From an uncultured Erysipelotrichaceae bacterium (GTDB lineage Bacteria; Bacillota_I; Bacilli_A; Erysipelotrichales; Erysipelotrichaceae): a stretch of 64,000 nucleotides of DNA. The number at the start of each line of letters is the position of its first letter. The first letter of the stretch is position 1. The stretch covers positions 7,158 to 71,157 of the forward strand of contig CAMOPG010000001.1 of the NCBI GenBank assembly GCA_946622165.1. Reading direction: 5' to 3'. A program made the position numbers and the translations under genes. This document shows, piece after piece, positions 36,371-47,048 of the stretch. Below the pieces are notes generated by a model. The model searched no databases. It saw only the letters and a list, made by a program, of their open reading frames with translations, and had not been told where the DNA came from.

Positions 36371-38354
36371 CATCCCACTCCATTTCATCAAGTATTGCGT
36401 AAATTTCTTCTGTCCGGTATCCCTGCGTGCTGCAGTAGCGGAATACGGCATTTCTCAGCTGTGAAGAGCTGTATTTCCGTTCATACCGTTTTTTTGCTTT
36501 TATGGCACATTTGCGGAGGTTTTCCGTTTCATCGGATGCCTCATCGCTGAAGTCCATGCCGGCGATCGTATCTTCTATGATATCATTCCTGAAACCGCGC
36601 TGAAGCATCTTTGTGTACAGTTTCCGCTTCAGCATACTGACGGATTCCCCGCTCAGTGTGCGCTTGATCTTTCCGGCGTATTCAGAAGCATTCACTGCTT
36701 CATCAGAATGACGTTCAGCCAGTTTTTCACGCACCAGGTCTTCGGGAATACCCTTTTCACGGAGCTCGCGCACGATGCTTTCCTCTCCGTGCAGTGTCCG
36801 CTTCATGGAAGTGATCTTGTCTTCTGCATAGTGCTCGTCATTGACCAGACCGCGCTCTTCCAGAAGGCTGATCACATGGCTGATCAGTTCATCGGAATAA
36901 TCCGTTTCTTTTTTCAGCCAGTCATGCAGTTCCTTTTTGGAACGGTCATGAGCAGCCAGTTTGCGTATGCATTTCTGATAGGCACGCGCCTCTTTTTCCT
37001 TCTGCTTCAGTGCTTCGACCTGGTCATTGGAGATCCTCATGCCCGTGCGCAGTCCTTCATTCATATATTCATCAAGCAACAGCAGGATCCTTGTTTCCTC
37101 TCCGCTTTCTGAAGATATGTACATCTGGACAAAATTGTCTTTGACTTCGATATCTTCAATGATGTTCATATGACTGTAGAGCTCGATCGCAGCTTCATAG
37201 ACCTTCATTGCGCGTTCATAGAAGATCTCACTGCTCAGCGGCTTTACCTGCTCACAGCAGTTTCTGCTGATCTCTGCGAGCTGCTGATCATCCAGCTGTT
37301 CGAACTGTTTCAGGCAGTCGGCAAATTCCTGTTCATTTTCAAAATACCAGCCTGTCTTTCCCGGTATCAGAAGTTCATCCAGAACTTCATCGTGACGCGC
37401 AAACAGAGGCAGTCCTGAGGCCATTGCCTCGGCAAAGGTCATTCCCTGCGTCTCACTTGTAGATGCGGAAATAAACGCGTCTGCGGCCCTGTAGTAGTCA
37501 GGCACTTCTGTCTGGGGCTGCTTCCCGGCAAAGGAAACGATATGGGTAAGATCCATATCTTTCACCATCTTATGCAGCTTTTCTTCATCAGGGCCTCCGC
37601 CGACGATCAGCAGCGTGCTCGTGCAGCCCTGTTCGTGTGCAAGCGCCAGTCCTCTGATGATCAGATCGATCGCTTTTTCTTCAGCGATCCTTCCGACAAA
37701 TATGATCATGCGATGATCATTGGAGAATCCTGCAGCAGCACGGATCTGTGAGGTGCGCTGGGGATCATGGAGATCCGGAGAAAATCTCCTGAGTTCAAGT
37801 CCGGTCGGAACAACATGAAGTTCTGTCTTGACGTTGTACTTCTCAAGAAGTTCTTTTGTCTTTTTGCTTGGAACGATCACTTCCAGGGCAGTGTCCCCGA
37901 ACAGCTTCGAGAATTTGACAACGGCTTTCTTTGCCAGGTCATCCACTGCTTTGGAATTGATCAGGTTGATGTAATGCGTGTAATCTTCATAGGTCGTGTG
38001 ATATGTACATACGATCGGTATGCCCATCTGTCTGGCACAGATGCGGCCGAAAATACCGACTCCGAATTCTGTCTGTGTATGGATCACATCGAGATCAAGT
38101 TTCTTGATCTCGTGCATTGCGTTCAGATGCAGAGGTGTTGTAACAGCGTAGCCGTACAGTTTCTTGACCTCCACTCCTGCAAGTCTCAGTACACGATGTC
38201 TGTCGTCCCATTCTGAAAAACCGATACCTGCTCTTGTCGCTACCACGTACACATCATGTCCGTGTGCTTCAAGTTCTTTGCGCAGGATCTCTGTACTGTT
38301 GGCGACACCATTGACATCGGGTATATATGTGTCTGTAAACAATCCGATCCGCAT
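36363..38354 (-). CDS. Fusion protein: GT4 glycosyltransferase (glycosyl-diacylglycerol-synthase-like) plus C-terminal RecX domain
   Basis: The N-terminal ~400 aa are GT4-like (MRIGLFTDTYIPDVNGVANS..., SETQGMTFAEAMASGLP). The C-terminal ~220 aa carry three RecX-type three-helix repeats (LAAHDRSKKELHDWLKK...VISLLEERGLVNDEHYA; IVRELREKGIPEDLV; LYTKMLQRGFRNDIIEDTI). Confidence 0.8.
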   Translation of the reverse strand: MRIGLFTDTYIPDVNGVANSTEILRKELEAHGHDVYVVATRAGIGFSEWDDRHRVLRLAGVEVKKLYGYAVTTPLHLNAMHEIKKLDLDVIHTQTEFGVGIFGRICARQMGIPIVCTYHTTYEDYTHYINLINSKAVDDLAKKAVVKFSKLFGDTALEVIVPSKKTKELLEKYNVKTELHVVPTGLELRRFSPDLHDPQRTSQIRAAAGFSNDHRMIIFVGRIAEEKAIDLIIRGLALAHEQGCTSTLLIVGGGPDEEKLHKMVKDMDLTHIVSFAGKQPQTEVPDYYRAADAFISASTSETQGMTFAEAMASGLPLFARHDEVLDELLIPGKTGWYFENEQEFADCLKQFEQLDDQQLAEISRNCCEQVKPLSSEIFYERAMKVYEAAIELYSHMNIIEDIEVKDNFVQMYISSESGEETRILLLLDEYMNEGLRTGMRISNDQVEALKQKEKEARAYQKCIRKLAAHDRSKKELHDWLKKETDYSDELISHVISLLEERGLVNDEHYAEDKITSMKRTLHGEESIVRELREKGIPEDLVREKLAERHSDEAVNASEYAGKIKRTLSGESVSMLKRKLYTKMLQRGFRNDIIEDTIAGMDFSDEASDETENLRKCAIKAKKRYERKYSSSQLRNAVFRYCSTQGYRTEEIYAILDEMEWDDD

Positions 38355-38669
38355 CAGTTTTCCTCCTTCGTCAGATACTGCAGAGACTGCTGTATCTGTT
38401 TGTGTTATGCCTCAGCCTCCCTGTACCTGATACTTTGCCATATGTGCAGTATGTGCATCATAAAAACGAAGCGTCCGAACCGGAAGCAATTGATATTGTC
38501 TATTATACTTCAAACCATGGCTGTTTTGGAATTTGCCGTGCACAAAGCAGTATGATTCTTTCCCTGCGCAGTATTTCAAAGCCGGGGATGCAGAAATCAG
38601 CACATACATGTGTACATGCGAAATAGCTGATTATGCTACAATATTTATATAAGAAAGTAGAGGACATAA

Positions 38670-40154
<1,485 letters not shown>

Positions 40155-40177
40155 TCAATTTCAGTGTTATGCAGACA

Positions 40178-40203
40178 AAAGTCCGGGAAGCCGGACTTTT
40201 TTG
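40178..40203 (+). terminator. Rho-independent terminator
   Basis: AAAGTCCGG-gaag-CCGGACTTT followed by TTTG. Confidence 0.85.
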
Positions 40204-40228
40204 TATGAATGAGGCACACAATACATGC

Positions 40229-40253
40229 AGAAAAAAAGGGATGTGATCCCTTT
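40229..40253 (-). terminator. Rho-independent terminator after nifJ
   Basis: Minus strand: AAAGGGAT-cac-ATCCCTTT followed by TTTTCTGC. Confidence 0.75.
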
Positions 40254-40312
40254 GAACCGCTTTTCAGAGGTTCAGAATCAACATCCCTTTTTGTTATTCA
40301 GTTCTTGCAGAA

Positions 40313-43300
40313 TTATTCAGCATCCTGAAGCATCTTCTTTGTGACGAGCTTCTGGTAACGCTTCTTAGCATCTTCTTCTGTCTTTGCGAACAGTTCTTCT
40401 GCTGCTTCTGCACCTTTCAGCTTCGGCAGGTTGAAGTAACGAGCTTCAGCCATCAGGTAATCATGGAACTTGGACCAATCAGGTTCTTTGGAGTCGATCG
40501 TGAGAGGTTTTTCATTTCTCGGATCGAAACGATACAGAGTTACATATCCGCATGCAACTGCGTCTTTCTCTCTCTGCTGAGCGTTGATCAGACCACCCTT
40601 GATACCGTGCTCCTGGCAAGGGCTGTAAGCGATGATAATGGACGGACCATTGTAGCTTTCAGCTTCTTTCAGAGCCTTCAGTGTCTGTGTCGGGTTAGCG
40701 CCCATGGATACGGATGCAACATAAGCTGTGCCGTATTCCATAACGATCTGTCCCAGATCCTTCTTAGCAAGAGCTTTACCGCCGGCAGCGAACTTCGCGA
40801 TGGAAGCTGCCTGTGAGGACTTGGAGGACTGTCCGCCAGTGTTGGAGTAAACTTCTGTATCCAGTACGAGAACGTTGACGTTCAGGCTGTTAGCCATAAC
40901 GTGGTCAAGTCCGCCGTAACCGATATCGTAAGCCCATCCGTCACCACCGACGATCCATACAGACTTGGAAACGAGATCTCTTTCCATAGCCAGCAGTTCT
41001 TTTGCATTTTCATTTGTGCTTGCTTTCAGTGCAGCAACCAGTTCGTCCTTGCATGCTCTCTGAGCATCACGGTCTTCACCAGCAGCCAGGTACTTCTCGT
41101 AAGCAGCTTTGAGTTCAGGTTCAACGCTGTCCTTGCTGTCTTCGATGAGCTTCAGGATCTTAGCTTCTTTATAGCTCTGAGCAATAGCCATACCGAAGCC
41201 GTATTCAGCGTTGTCTTCGAACAGTGAGTTAGCCCATGCAACACCATTGTTGTCCTTGTCTGTTACGAACGGTGTGGACGGTGTAGCGGAGCAGTAGATC
41301 ATGGAGCAGCCTGTTGCGTTTGCAACGAGCATATCCTTACCGAACAGCTGGGAAGCCAGACGGTAGTAAGGAGCTTCTCCGCAGCCAGGGCAGCATCCGC
41401 TGACTTCGAAGTAAGGCATCATCAGTGATACGCCGGCAACTGTGTTCGGGTTGCCATACTGAGGTCTGTATTCAATACCCTTATAGAGGTAGTCAGCTAC
41501 AGGTTCCTGGTTGACAGCATCGTTGATCTCTGCAACTGTGAGAGCCTTTGTCGGGCATGCTTTGATACATACGCCGCAGCCTACGCAGTTCATCGGTGAG
41601 ATCTGGATACGGTACTGCAGACCAGCTTCTTTCGCGCCTTTGTAAGCAGCTGTAGGAGCCTTTACGGACCATTCAGCGCCATTAGCAGCAGCGATTTCAG
41701 CAGCCTTAGCAGCTTCGTCTTCTGTGATCAGGAATGCACGGATCGTAGCATGCGGGCAGACATATGCACAGCTGCCGCACTCAACGCACTTAGCGGAATC
41801 CCATGCAGGAACCTGAACAGCGATGTTTCTCTTTTCACGGAAGGATACATTCTCGGGGATCGTTCCATCGAGAACGCCGTACTTCATGAAGCTGGAAACA
41901 GGCATGTCATAGCCTTCCAGTGCATTGATTCTCTGCAGGTTGTTGTCGAAGTATTCGTCGCCTGTCTTCTCGAACAGAGAATCCGGATATTCCAGATCAG
42001 CCCATTCAGGTTTAACAGTTACCTGAACAAGTCCTGATTTACCTGTATCGATAGCGTCGCAGTTGTTCTTGACAACGTCTTCACCCTTACGTGCATAAGT
42101 GTGGCGGGCACTGTCTTTCATCAGTTCAACAGCTGTATCATAAGGCATGATCTGCTCGTTCAGAGCGAAGAATGCAGACTGCAGGATCGTATTTGTATGA
42201 CGGCCCATGTGTGTCTGGATTGCAAGCTTTGTAGCATCGATCACATAGAACTTCGCATGCTTCTTAGCAAGTCCGGCCAGCATTCTGGGCGGCAGGTGCT
42301 TGTCGATATCTTCAGCAGCGAATGTTGTGTTCAGCAGGAATGTTCCGCCTTCTTTGAGGTTGCGGACCATATCGAATTTGTAGCAGTAGCTGTCCAGTGA
42401 GCAGGAGATGAAGTCAGCCTTGTCAATATAGTAAGGGCTGTGGATCGGGCTCTTTCCGAATCTCAGGTGGGAACGTGTAACGCCGCCGGCCTTCTTGGAG
42501 TCGTATGCGAAGTAAGCCTGAGCATAAAGATCTGTGTTGTTGCCGATGATCTTGACTGTGCTCTTGTTAGCGCCGACTGTACCGTCGGAACCAAGACCGT
42601 AGAACAGGCAGGAGCTGTAGTCAGCTACGACATCAACGTTGACCGGTTCGAGTGACAGATGTGTAACATCGTCGTTGATACCGATCGTGAATTCTTCCTT
42701 CGGTTCTTCTTTTGCCAGTTCTGCATATACAGCAGCGATGTGGCTCGGATTTGTATCCTTGCTGGACAGACCATAACGGCCGCCGATGATGGTCAGATCC
42801 TTGTGCTTTCTCAGAGCGTTCTGAACGTCGAGGAACAGAGGTTCTCTGGAACCGATTTCCTTGGAACGGTCAAGAACAGCGATCTTCTTAGCGGATGCAG
42901 GCAGAGCTTCCTCAAGGTACTTCTGGCTGAACGGACGGTACAGATATACTTTGATCAGACCGACTTTTTCGCCCTTAGCATTCAGGGAGTCGACAGTTTC
43001 CATGATCGTATCTGTAACGGAACCCATAGCAATAATGACTCTTTCAGCTTCCGGATCGCCATAGTATACGAACGGTGCATAGTCACGGCCTGTATGTTCG
43101 CTGATAGCCTTGAAGTACTTAGCAGCGATTTCAGGAACCTTTGCAAAGTGTTCGTTCTGAGCTTCACGAGCCTGGAAGAAGATATCGTCGTTCTGGGAAC
43201 CGCCGCGTGTTACTGCGTGTCCATGCGGGTTCAGAGCGTTTGCACGGAATGCTTCAAGTTTTTCTACAGGAAGCAGTGATTTGAGGAAGTCATAATCCAT

Positions 43301-43867
43301 GACTTCGACTTTCTGGATCTCGTGTGAAGTTCTGAAACCATCGAAGAAATGCATAACAGCTACGGAACCGTCAATAGCGATTAAGTGTGCAACACCTGCC
43401 AGGTCCATGCAGTCCTGTACAGAGTGGGAACACATCATGACCATACCGGTCTGACGGCATGCGTAAACGTCCTGATGATCACCGAAGATACTCAGTGTGT
43501 GGCTTGCGAGTGTACGTGCAGCAACATGTACGACGCCCGGCAGAAGCTCACCGCTCAGCTTGTAGAGATTCGGGATCATGAGAAGCAGACCCTGTGAAGC
43601 TGTGAAAGTTGTAGCCAGTGAACCGCCCTGAAGAGCGCCGTGAACGGCACCTGCTGCGCCGCCTTCTGACTGCATTTCAACAACCTTTACACGGTCGCCG
43701 AAAATGTTTTTCCTTCCCTGCGTGGACCATTCATCAACGTTTTCGGCCATCGGTGAGGAAGGTGTGATGGGATAAATCCCGGCAACTTCTGTAAACGCAT
43801 AAGCTGAATGAGCTGTTGCAGCGTTACCATCCATTGCCTGGAAAACCTTTTTGTTTTCTGTGCTCAT
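40313..43867 (-). CDS. nifJ: Pyruvate:ferredoxin (flavodoxin) oxidoreductase
   Basis: 1184 aa with two ferredoxin motifs (CVECGSCAYVCP, CVGCGVCIKACP) and the TPP motif GGDGWAYDIGYGGLDH. Confidence 0.96.
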   Translation of the reverse strand: MSTENKKVFQAMDGNAATAHSAYAFTEVAGIYPITPSSPMAENVDEWSTQGRKNIFGDRVKVVEMQSEGGAAGAVHGALQGGSLATTFTASQGLLLMIPNLYKLSGELLPGVVHVAARTLASHTLSIFGDHQDVYACRQTGMVMMCSHSVQDCMDLAGVAHLIAIDGSVAVMHFFDGFRTSHEIQKVEVMDYDFLKSLLPVEKLEAFRANALNPHGHAVTRGGSQNDDIFFQAREAQNEHFAKVPEIAAKYFKAISEHTGRDYAPFVYYGDPEAERVIIAMGSVTDTIMETVDSLNAKGEKVGLIKVYLYRPFSQKYLEEALPASAKKIAVLDRSKEIGSREPLFLDVQNALRKHKDLTIIGGRYGLSSKDTNPSHIAAVYAELAKEEPKEEFTIGINDDVTHLSLEPVNVDVVADYSSCLFYGLGSDGTVGANKSTVKIIGNNTDLYAQAYFAYDSKKAGGVTRSHLRFGKSPIHSPYYIDKADFISCSLDSYCYKFDMVRNLKEGGTFLLNTTFAAEDIDKHLPPRMLAGLAKKHAKFYVIDATKLAIQTHMGRHTNTILQSAFFALNEQIMPYDTAVELMKDSARHTYARKGEDVVKNNCDAIDTGKSGLVQVTVKPEWADLEYPDSLFEKTGDEYFDNNLQRINALEGYDMPVSSFMKYGVLDGTIPENVSFREKRNIAVQVPAWDSAKCVECGSCAYVCPHATIRAFLITEDEAAKAAEIAAANGAEWSVKAPTAAYKGAKEAGLQYRIQISPMNCVGCGVCIKACPTKALTVAEINDAVNQEPVADYLYKGIEYRPQYGNPNTVAGVSLMMPYFEVSGCCPGCGEAPYYRLASQLFGKDMLVANATGCSMIYCSATPSTPFVTDKDNNGVAWANSLFEDNAEYGFGMAIAQSYKEAKILKLIEDSKDSVEPELKAAYEKYLAAGEDRDAQRACKDELVAALKASTNENAKELLAMERDLVSKSVWIVGGDGWAYDIGYGGLDHVMANSLNVNVLVLDTEVYSNTGGQSSKSSQAASIAKFAAGGKALAKKDLGQIVMEYGTAYVASVSMGANPTQTLKALKEAESYNGPSIIIAYSPCQEHGIKGGLINAQQREKDAVACGYVTLYRFDPRNEKPLTIDSKEPDWSKFHDYLMAEARYFNLPKLKGAEAAEELFAKTEEDAKKRYQKLVTKKMLQDAE

Positions 43868-43915
43868 ATGTCCTCCTGTTTAGACACCATAATTATATAG
43901 CAGATGTTTTTGTTT

Positions 43916-43979
43916 TGACAGAGATTATCCGTCCGTTTTCAAAGCGTTTTCATTTTTTTACTTTCATTAATCTCTGTCA
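43916..43979. repeat. 12-bp perfect inverted repeat TGACAGAGATTA ... TAATCTCTGTCA (40-nt spacer) in the nifJ upstream region
   Basis: Seen directly (43916-43927 and 43968-43979). It lies between the upstream terminator and the nifJ Shine-Dalgarno sequence. Confidence 0.6.
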
Positions 43980-43988
43980 GACTGCCAA

Positions 43989-44015
43989 TAAAAAACTGTT
44001 CCGGTTAAGGAACAG
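43989..44015 (-). terminator. Rho-independent terminator after the UPF0154 gene
   Basis: Minus strand: CTGTTCC-ttaacc-GGAACAG followed by TTTTTT. Confidence 0.8.
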
Positions 44016-44025
44016 TCTCGGAAAA

Positions 44026-44244
44026 TTATTGTTTTACGCCCATTGAGCGCATGACCTGACGGATCTGCGCTTCACTCGGTTTTCTTCCCATCTGCATGAA
44101 CATTGCACGGATCATCTTTTCGTTAACCGGAGGATTTTCAGCCAGCTGTTTTTCAAAGTTCTTCTTTGTAAAATAGAAACTGATTGCAGCTCCGATAACT
44201 CCGCCGACAAGCAACCACAGTAAGGAAGACCAGAATTCAGTCAT
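44026..44244 (-). CDS. UPF0154 (YneF-like) small membrane protein
   Basis: One TM helix followed by ENPP.NE.MIR.M..QMG.KPS....Q.M, typical of the YneF family. The ATG at 44244 follows GAGGTGG. Confidence 0.8.
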   Translation of the reverse strand: MTEFWSSLLWLLVGGVIGAAISFYFTKKNFEKQLAENPPVNEKMIRAMFMQMGRKPSEAQIRQVMRSMGVKQ

Positions 44245-44350
44245 ATTATTTACCACCTCTTCAAGTACACATGTATTTTATCCTGTTTTTATATTGATTG
44301 TAAAGTCAATACTTTATGCACAAACGTCCAATTTCGTATATAATGTCTGC

Positions 44351-45769
44351 ATGCCTAAACAGCTTTCAAAACTGATGCGTCTTTTTCTAGTGTGTTTTTT
44401 TGTCATTTCCTGTTTGCCTCCATGGCATGCATCGGCGCTGGAAAATGATCCGTCAGTCAATGATCCTCCTCAGCTTTACAGCCGTTATGCTTATCTGATG
44501 GATATCGATACAGGACAGGTCCTTTACTCCAAAGCGGGTGATGAGAGAATGTACCCTGCCAGCATGACCAAGATCATGACGATCGTACTGGCGATCGATT
44601 ATCTCCATGATCTGCAGCAGAAAGTACCGATCACCGGTACGATGCTGGCCGGCCTTGCCCAGGAAGGCGCTTCATGCGCAGGCTTCCGTGTGGGTGATTC
44701 CCCTACGGTCGAAGAGCTTCTGTACGGTGCAGCCCTCCCTTCCGGAGCGGACGCATCAAATGCCCTGGCTGTTGCGGTCAGCGGGACCATGGAGGACTTT
44801 GTCGATCTGATGAACCGCAAGGCGGAAGAACTCGGAATGACTGGCACGCATTTCATGAATGCGCACGGTCTGCATAATGAGAATCATTATTCTACAGCGC
44901 GTGATATTGCCGTGCTGATGAAATACTGCATGGAACATGAACTGTTCCGGGAGATCATTTCTGTCAGGAGATATAAAACAGGCAGATTATACAGTCACTA
45001 CAATGGCATCAGCATGCGCTCCGGTACATGGTACTACATCAATACGGGAGTGAATGGCGGATATAACATACCGGGCTTCGAGGGCGGCAAAACAGGCTAT
45101 ACGATCCCTGCGGGAAGATGTCTGGTGTCGGCCGCTACGGTCAACGGAATGCACATGGTTGCGGTTGCCGGATATTCACTGGGTGCTACGACCCATGTCA
45201 TCGATACGCGCACGCTTTACAGCTGGGCAGGAACGCATTACTCACAATATGCGCTTGCCTACAGCGGTACAAGGCTGGCATCCATTCAGATCAACAACGC
45301 TTCACCGGAGGAAAACGAGATCAAGATCACCCTGCCGGATGACGTTGTGTACGATCTTCCGACAGGTACGCAGATATCCACTGAGTCGGATTTTGTCAAA
45401 GAAGTAGAGGCTCCCCTTGAGGAAGGAACCGAGCTTGGTTCCTACCGTATCCTGGTAGACGGGGATACGATATATGAGATGATCTTTAAAGCCCAGAAGA
45501 CATATGATATCGACGACAGTTCATATTATCAGAGCAAGATGAGCGAACTGCTGGGACCTTACGCATTCATCCCCGGAGCTGCCCTGATCGCATTCATAAT
45601 GCTGATGATATTCAGCAGAATGATCCGGCATGCAAAAGGAAGATCAAAGATACGAACGACACTGAAAGAACGGGAAAGAATGGAAAGAAAGGACGGACGG
45701 GGCATTGATGAAGCCTTCTCCGAACTGAGTGAGATCATACCGGAGTCTGAAGAAAACAAAGAGATGTAA
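44351..45769 (+). CDS. Serine-type D-Ala-D-Ala carboxypeptidase (PBP5/DacB-like) with a C-terminal membrane anchor
   Basis: Signal peptide from the ATG at 44351, then SMTK, a PSGAD..N (SxN-like) motif and GGKTGYT. There is a C-terminal TM helix and a charged tail. Confidence 0.85.
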   Translation: MPKQLSKLMRLFLVCFFVISCLPPWHASALENDPSVNDPPQLYSRYAYLMDIDTGQVLYSKAGDERMYPASMTKIMTIVLAIDYLHDLQQKVPITGTMLAGLAQEGASCAGFRVGDSPTVEELLYGAALPSGADASNALAVAVSGTMEDFVDLMNRKAEELGMTGTHFMNAHGLHNENHYSTARDIAVLMKYCMEHELFREIISVRRYKTGRLYSHYNGISMRSGTWYYINTGVNGGYNIPGFEGGKTGYTIPAGRCLVSAATVNGMHMVAVAGYSLGATTHVIDTRTLYSWAGTHYSQYALAYSGTRLASIQINNASPEENEIKITLPDDVVYDLPTGTQISTESDFVKEVEAPLEEGTELGSYRILVDGDTIYEMIFKAQKTYDIDDSSYYQSKMSELLGPYAFIPGAALIAFIMLMIFSRMIRHAKGRSKIRTTLKERERMERKDGRGIDEAFSELSEIIPESEENKEM

Positions 45770-45797
45770 CTGCATCTGCAGCTGCATCTCTTTTTTT
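45761..45797. terminator. Hairpin plus T-tract between convergent genes
   Basis: GAGATG...CTGCA-tc-TGCAG...CATCTC followed by TTTTTTT. Overlaps the dacB-like stop. Confidence 0.55.
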
Positions 45798-46717
45798 CAG
45801 AAATCACGTCTGATCAGTGATCCGGTATTCAGATGTTTCAGGTCTCTGGAACCTGTGATGCTCATGCAGAAACGCAGTTCAGCTGAGATATGATCCAGTA
45901 CTTCAGCAGCCTTTTCCGGGCCTTCCGCAAACGGCTTCATGAGCGGTCTGGCGACAAGGACGCCATCGCATCCAAGCACAAGCGCCTTGAATGCGTCCGC
46001 ACCGGAGCGGATACCGCAGTCTCCGAAGATCGTCATTGTGCTGCCGACGGCTTTCCTGATCTCACGGACCATATAGTATGGCGGTACGGCACTGTCGATC
46101 ATGCCCATGTGGTGTGACAGCACGATCCCCTTCACGCCTGCTTCAGCGCATGCTTCGGCATCTTCTGTACTCAGTACGCCTTTGATGATGATCGGCAGAT
46201 CAGAGCAGTTTACCATTATCTTCAGATCATCGATCGTTTTAACGCCCATCTGTCCGAACATGGGATGATTCCGGACATCTCCTGTATCGGGATCAAAAAT
46301 GAAATCGGCATCCATAACAAAGCCTTTTGCGCCGTTTTGGGCATATGTCCTGATCATTTCCAGCATATGGTCCATGTCTGCGATCGGCTTGGAGGACAGT
46401 ACTGCCCTTGTGCCCTGTTTCAGGATCTGCAGTCCTTCTTCAACAGGAAGCACTCCGTTCCAGTCCAGTGTACCGGTCATATCTGCCGCCTTGGCCAGCA
46501 GAACATTTCCGCCCGGGTTGACTCTGGTCATGCCGCTCAATGTTGAGATCATGACCGGGCTGCGGTACGTTTCTCCGAAATACTCCGCAGAAATGTCCGC
46601 GGCAGTGCTTCCGATATAGCTGGGTCTGATCATCCAGGAATCCAGATAGTCCCGCGTCAGCTGATCGGTGATTGCATGTGTATTCATGATGTTTTTTCTC
46701 CTGTTCTTATTGTTCAT
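45797..46717 (-). CDS. FMN-dependent alpha-hydroxy-acid dehydrogenase family (TIM barrel), divergent
   Basis: 306 aa, FMN_dh-like (IIIKGVLSTEDAE, GDCGIRSGADAFKALVLGCDGVLVARP). The signature region reads SHHMGMI. An alternative start is at 46687. Confidence 0.7.
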   Translation of the reverse strand: MNNKNRRKNIMNTHAITDQLTRDYLDSWMIRPSYIGSTAADISAEYFGETYRSPVMISTLSGMTRVNPGGNVLLAKAADMTGTLDWNGVLPVEEGLQILKQGTRAVLSSKPIADMDHMLEMIRTYAQNGAKGFVMDADFIFDPDTGDVRNHPMFGQMGVKTIDDLKIMVNCSDLPIIIKGVLSTEDAEACAEAGVKGIVLSHHMGMIDSAVPPYYMVREIRKAVGSTMTIFGDCGIRSGADAFKALVLGCDGVLVARPLMKPFAEGPEKAAEVLDHISAELRFCMSITGSRDLKHLNTGSLIRRDF

Positions 46718-46843
46718 TATACCTATGCGTTCCTTTTCTTCAAACAGAAGAATCCTGTCAGATGTGCAGACTTTTTTATGATTCAGAAATCAAAAGAAAA
46801 CAGGCAGTGCCTGTTCGGTTTTCATTGATTCAGGGAATGTGCT

Positions 46844-46963
46844 TTACTCGTTGCCAAGTGTACCGAGTGCCCAGAAGATCGTACCCCAGATGGAGTCCTC
46901 ACCTGTTTTCTCGTCATAGTACGGTTTGCCGAATAAGGCTGCTGCTTCAATAAATGTATTCAT
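46844..46963 (-). CDS. Candidate 39-aa small protein (MNTFIEAAALFGKPYYDEKTGEDSIWGTIFWALGTLGNE)
   Basis: Too short for the ORF track and translated by hand. A GAGGAG lies 10 nt upstream, and a hairpin AACAGGC-agt-GCCTGTT plus a T-tract (46791-46815) lies downstream. Confidence 0.35.
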   Translation of the reverse strand: MNTFIEAAALFGKPYYDEKTGEDSIWGTIFWALGTLGNE

Positions 46964-47048
46964 ATTTTTATATCTCCTCGCGGGAATTCATAGCCCGCTT
47001 TATCTTTCTTTTGTTTTCCACGTGTCTTTTTTATCTCACGCATTGTCA

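Noticed and set aside
46762-46953. A 63-aa plus-strand ORF in the track.
   Set aside because: It has no Shine-Dalgarno sequence and odd composition. It lies antisense to the hand-found 39-aa ORF, which has a Shine-Dalgarno sequence and a terminator. It is probably not coding.
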